Under the pieces are notes generated by a model, which was not told the origin of the DNA, made no database searches, and was given only the letters and a program-made list of their open reading frames with translations. A DNA stretch of 64,000 nt from Isurus oxyrinchus (lineage: Eukaryota). Of the stretch, positions 60,993 through 64,000 are shown one piece after another. Within the stretch, counting starts at the first letter, position 1; every line of letters begins with the position of its first letter. The DNA is taken from assembly GCA_026770705.1 (NCBI GenBank), contig JANJGN010000021.1:104904001-104968000 (forward strand). The letters are read 5' to 3'. Made by a program: the position numbers and the translations under genes.

Positions 60993-63900
60993 GGGCAGAA
61001 TTTTATGTTTGCCAGGCAGACGGGTCCGGCCCAATCGGCGGCGGGCGCGTAGCCGATCTCCGCCGCTAAAACGGGTTGCGCCGCCATTTTGTGTGGGCGG
61101 GCCAATTAAGGCCCACCCAGCACGTTTCAAACTTCCGTGTACAGCGGGAAATTCAAATGTGTGGCTGGCGTGTTCAGACCTCCGTTTCCAATGGGGAACT
61201 GACAGTCTGTATAAAGAAAGTCCAGGCAGCGTCCCTTAGGCTGTTCACCATGGCCAGTGACCGGGCTCTAGAGGAGGGCAGGGCAGAGGAGGAGGGGTCA
61301 GGCTGCAGGCTAGGCCAGCGTGGGGCCAATGAGCCCCTCGATTCTCTGATACCTGCCTTGCTGCCCTACTGGAAGAGGTTGCAGAACGTCTAGAGGTCTT
61401 GTTTTCCGAGGGAGGAGGAGGGCCCCCCCACATTACCAAGTAGGCCTGGCAGGAGGTGGCAGAGGTCATGAGCTCTCAAGATGCTGTGGGGTGCATGGGG
61501 ACCCAGTGCCGCAAACACTTCAATGATTTGTTGCACTCTGGAAGGGTGAGTACCATAGGGCCTTGGCCATTTAACCCAGCAGGTAGCCTTAGCCTTTGAG
61601 GCCCCCCCACCCTCACCACGTCTTAGTGTCATTACTGCATTGGGCATTTGGCGCACGCTGGGTGGGCAAACAGATAGTGACCATGCTTACATCAGGTTTA
61701 CTGGCTGAGGAGAAATGGGTTCTCCCTGAAGGCATATGTTGGTGTTTGTCACATTTAGGTGGTCCGGGGGCAACCTGCAGAGGAGGCAGCTGCGCACATA
61801 CTCAGAACTCCAACCCATGTCTTACTGATGGTGATGAGATGGTGGAAGGGGAGCCTCAAGGTGTCATGGCCAAGAGCCACCTGCTGGCCTTGGTGCCGCA
61901 CCTAGTTGCACCTCCTTGACATGCACTAAGACCTGTGTGGTATTCAAAGTGATAGACGCCGAATGTGTCCAAGATGGCAGTTGAGGGAGGGCTTTGGGAG
62001 CAGCTGTACTATCCTCTGGTGACTGATCACCAGTAGTGTGGACAGAAGCTGCTGGAGGTTGCCGCATGAACATGCAGAGTACATGAGCAATCAGCCACAA
62101 TAAATGCTCTTCTCTGTTCTGCAGGCAAAAACAGAACACAGAACACAACACCAGGGAGCGTTTGTGGACTGGTGGTGGGCACGCCATGCTGCAACATGTC
62201 ACCAACTTTGAGGAGCAGGTCATGGAGCTGGGGAGGAGGCAAGTGGCCAGGTCAGCAGGTGTCGGTGAGGCTGGGGTGCAGCGGCCAGGTATTTGAGGCC
62301 CATAGTCTCATCCACTCTGTCTTCCCACCATCCAAAGCACTGATGATTGCTGCAATCATTAATGCAGCAACACTACTCATTCACAGAGTGATACAATCAG
62401 ATCTGTGGGTCACACACAAAGGTCCCTCAGCCCCTGAGGATGGATGTGTCTAGTAACTTTCAAAATTGCCTTTCCCATTTGTGACCACTATCCCCATGGC
62501 CTAACATGCTATGGCATCGCTGATGCACATCCAAATACTTATTGCATCTTCGGAGGGTTTGTACCTCCACCATCCTTTCAGCCAGTGTGTCCCACTTTAC
62601 TCTGTCCAAAAGTTCCTCAGCACCTCACCTGTCATGGCACTCAAGTTAAATAAATGCCACCATGTGAGTCATCCCTGCACCAAGGGGAAATGTTGCCTTC
62701 TGTCCACCCATTCTATGCCCCTCATAATGGTTTGAATGTCAATAATGTGACCTGTCAATCTCCTGTGCTCCACAGCAAATGTCACAAGTGTCTGCAATGT
62801 TTCCTCATAACTCCAACTCTCCAGGCCAGCATGCATCCTGGTCAGGAACATCTGCACTCTCCCCACCCAATGCCATCCCTCCCATGAAGCACAGGTCACA
62901 ACTGAACGCAAAAGTGTAGATGTGGCCTCGACAGCATTTTCTGCACTTGCAACATGACCTCCCTTTTCTTACATTCTATTCCCATGCTAATATAGGCAAG
63001 TCTGGTTTTAACCTTGTTAATCGCCTTATGTTCATGTCCTTAATGGGTCTGCCCAGCAAGGTCCTTGCAATCGTCCCGACTTTCCATGGTCCTACCATTT
63101 CTCAAGTATTCCCGTGCCATGGTCAGCTTGCTCAAGTGCTTAACCGCACACTTATCCACATACCATTCCATGTGGCATTCCTTAGGCCATCTGACCAGCC
63201 TTTCTTTATGTGTGTGTAACGTTTGGGCCTTCTTTTGCCTATTTACCACCACACCAATGTTGGTCTCCTTAGGTTCTTGAAGTTTGAGCGTATTATGAGC
63301 CTGGAGGGAAAAGGGATGAAAGTTGTTACTGACTGAACGCTAACTGATGCACTGTCCTAGTTGTTAATTTCAGCATCACCACCGCGTGGCCGCCAATACG
63401 AAGTCCAGAGCCCCTCTCGACACCTGAGGGGCATCACTTGCAACTTGCATCACATCATTTAAGTGAGCCAGGCACCAGCGCAGTGACAAACACATCAGTG
63501 GGGATTATAACATTGGCTAGTGTCCTGGGGCACAGTGGATAGGGCACTTCACAATTGCTGGAGGAGATGACATGGACAGAGAGTGCCGATGATGCCAGCA
63601 GCAGGAGGACTGCAGGGGCTCAGTCACATGCTGACAGCAGAGTCAGCAGGCTGTCTCACAAGCCACTCCAAGCAATGAGGCGACACCCACAAAGGTAAGC
63701 ATAAGGCACGTTAGGAACTCTACGGGTTTCTCACGGGTGCTTTTCTGTTACCCCTAGATTAGGGAATGTTTGATTCTTAACGTCAGAGCGACGTTTGTTC
63801 ATTTTCTTGGAGGCAATAAAGTCCACATTTATGAACTGGGCTGAGGGTGTTTTCTTTGTGCTGCATTTGTCTGTTTCACAGACATATCTTAAGTGTTTAA

Positions 63901-64000
63901 GTGGACATTGATGTTGATGTACTAAACCCTTAGTTGCAGCTGATGAGGTGGAAGATGTAGCACCTAAGTGCCACGTGTGGGAGCGCCAGGCAATGCTGGT
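60993..64000 (+). mobile_element. Harbinger element with a spliced Myb/SANT-like gene remnant (continues beyond window)
   Basis: TIR gggcagaatttt. Exon APRFSDTCLAALLEEV...TK*AWQEVAEVMS...TQCRKHFNDLLHSGR|gtgagt (~61330-61545), then a second exon after ctgcag (~62124) with RERLWTGGG...FEEQVMEL. An in-frame stop and frameshifts are present. Confidence 0.8.

Noticed and set aside
1-64000. Prokaryotic systems (CRISPR arrays, operons, retrons)
   Set aside because: Intron-exon structure and vertebrate LINE/SINE content; no regularly spaced repeat-spacer array seen.

Overview
Vertebrate genomic DNA, most likely from a cartilaginous fish (inferred from the repeat families). Most of the window is decayed transposable elements: many CR1-type LINEs (two near full length, with SGNH-esterase ORF1), a second LINE family with a partner tRNA-derived SINE, Deu-domain SINEs, Penelope-like and L2 fragments, solo LTRs and PIF/Harbinger elements. 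The only well-supported host gene lies on the minus strand: an NCR3/NKp30-like activating Ig receptor. It has a single-exon V domain carrying a germline J-like GNGT segment (30267-30605), a transmembrane exon with a Lys (25395-25514), two cytoplasmic micro-exons (24430-24448, 24030-24058) and a terminal exon (23656-23696), all joining in frame. The best leader-exon candidate (31808-31874) has GTG where ATG is expected and abuts an old Deu-SINE. An old same-orientation duplication of about 3.5-4 kb at about 51 kb spacing (~5480-9092 vs ~56020-60190) suggests a tandemly duplicated region. Two locally templated insertions are also visible. Nearly all other ORFs in the supplied track are TE debris or noise. 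Repeat boundaries are approximate because they were read by eye.
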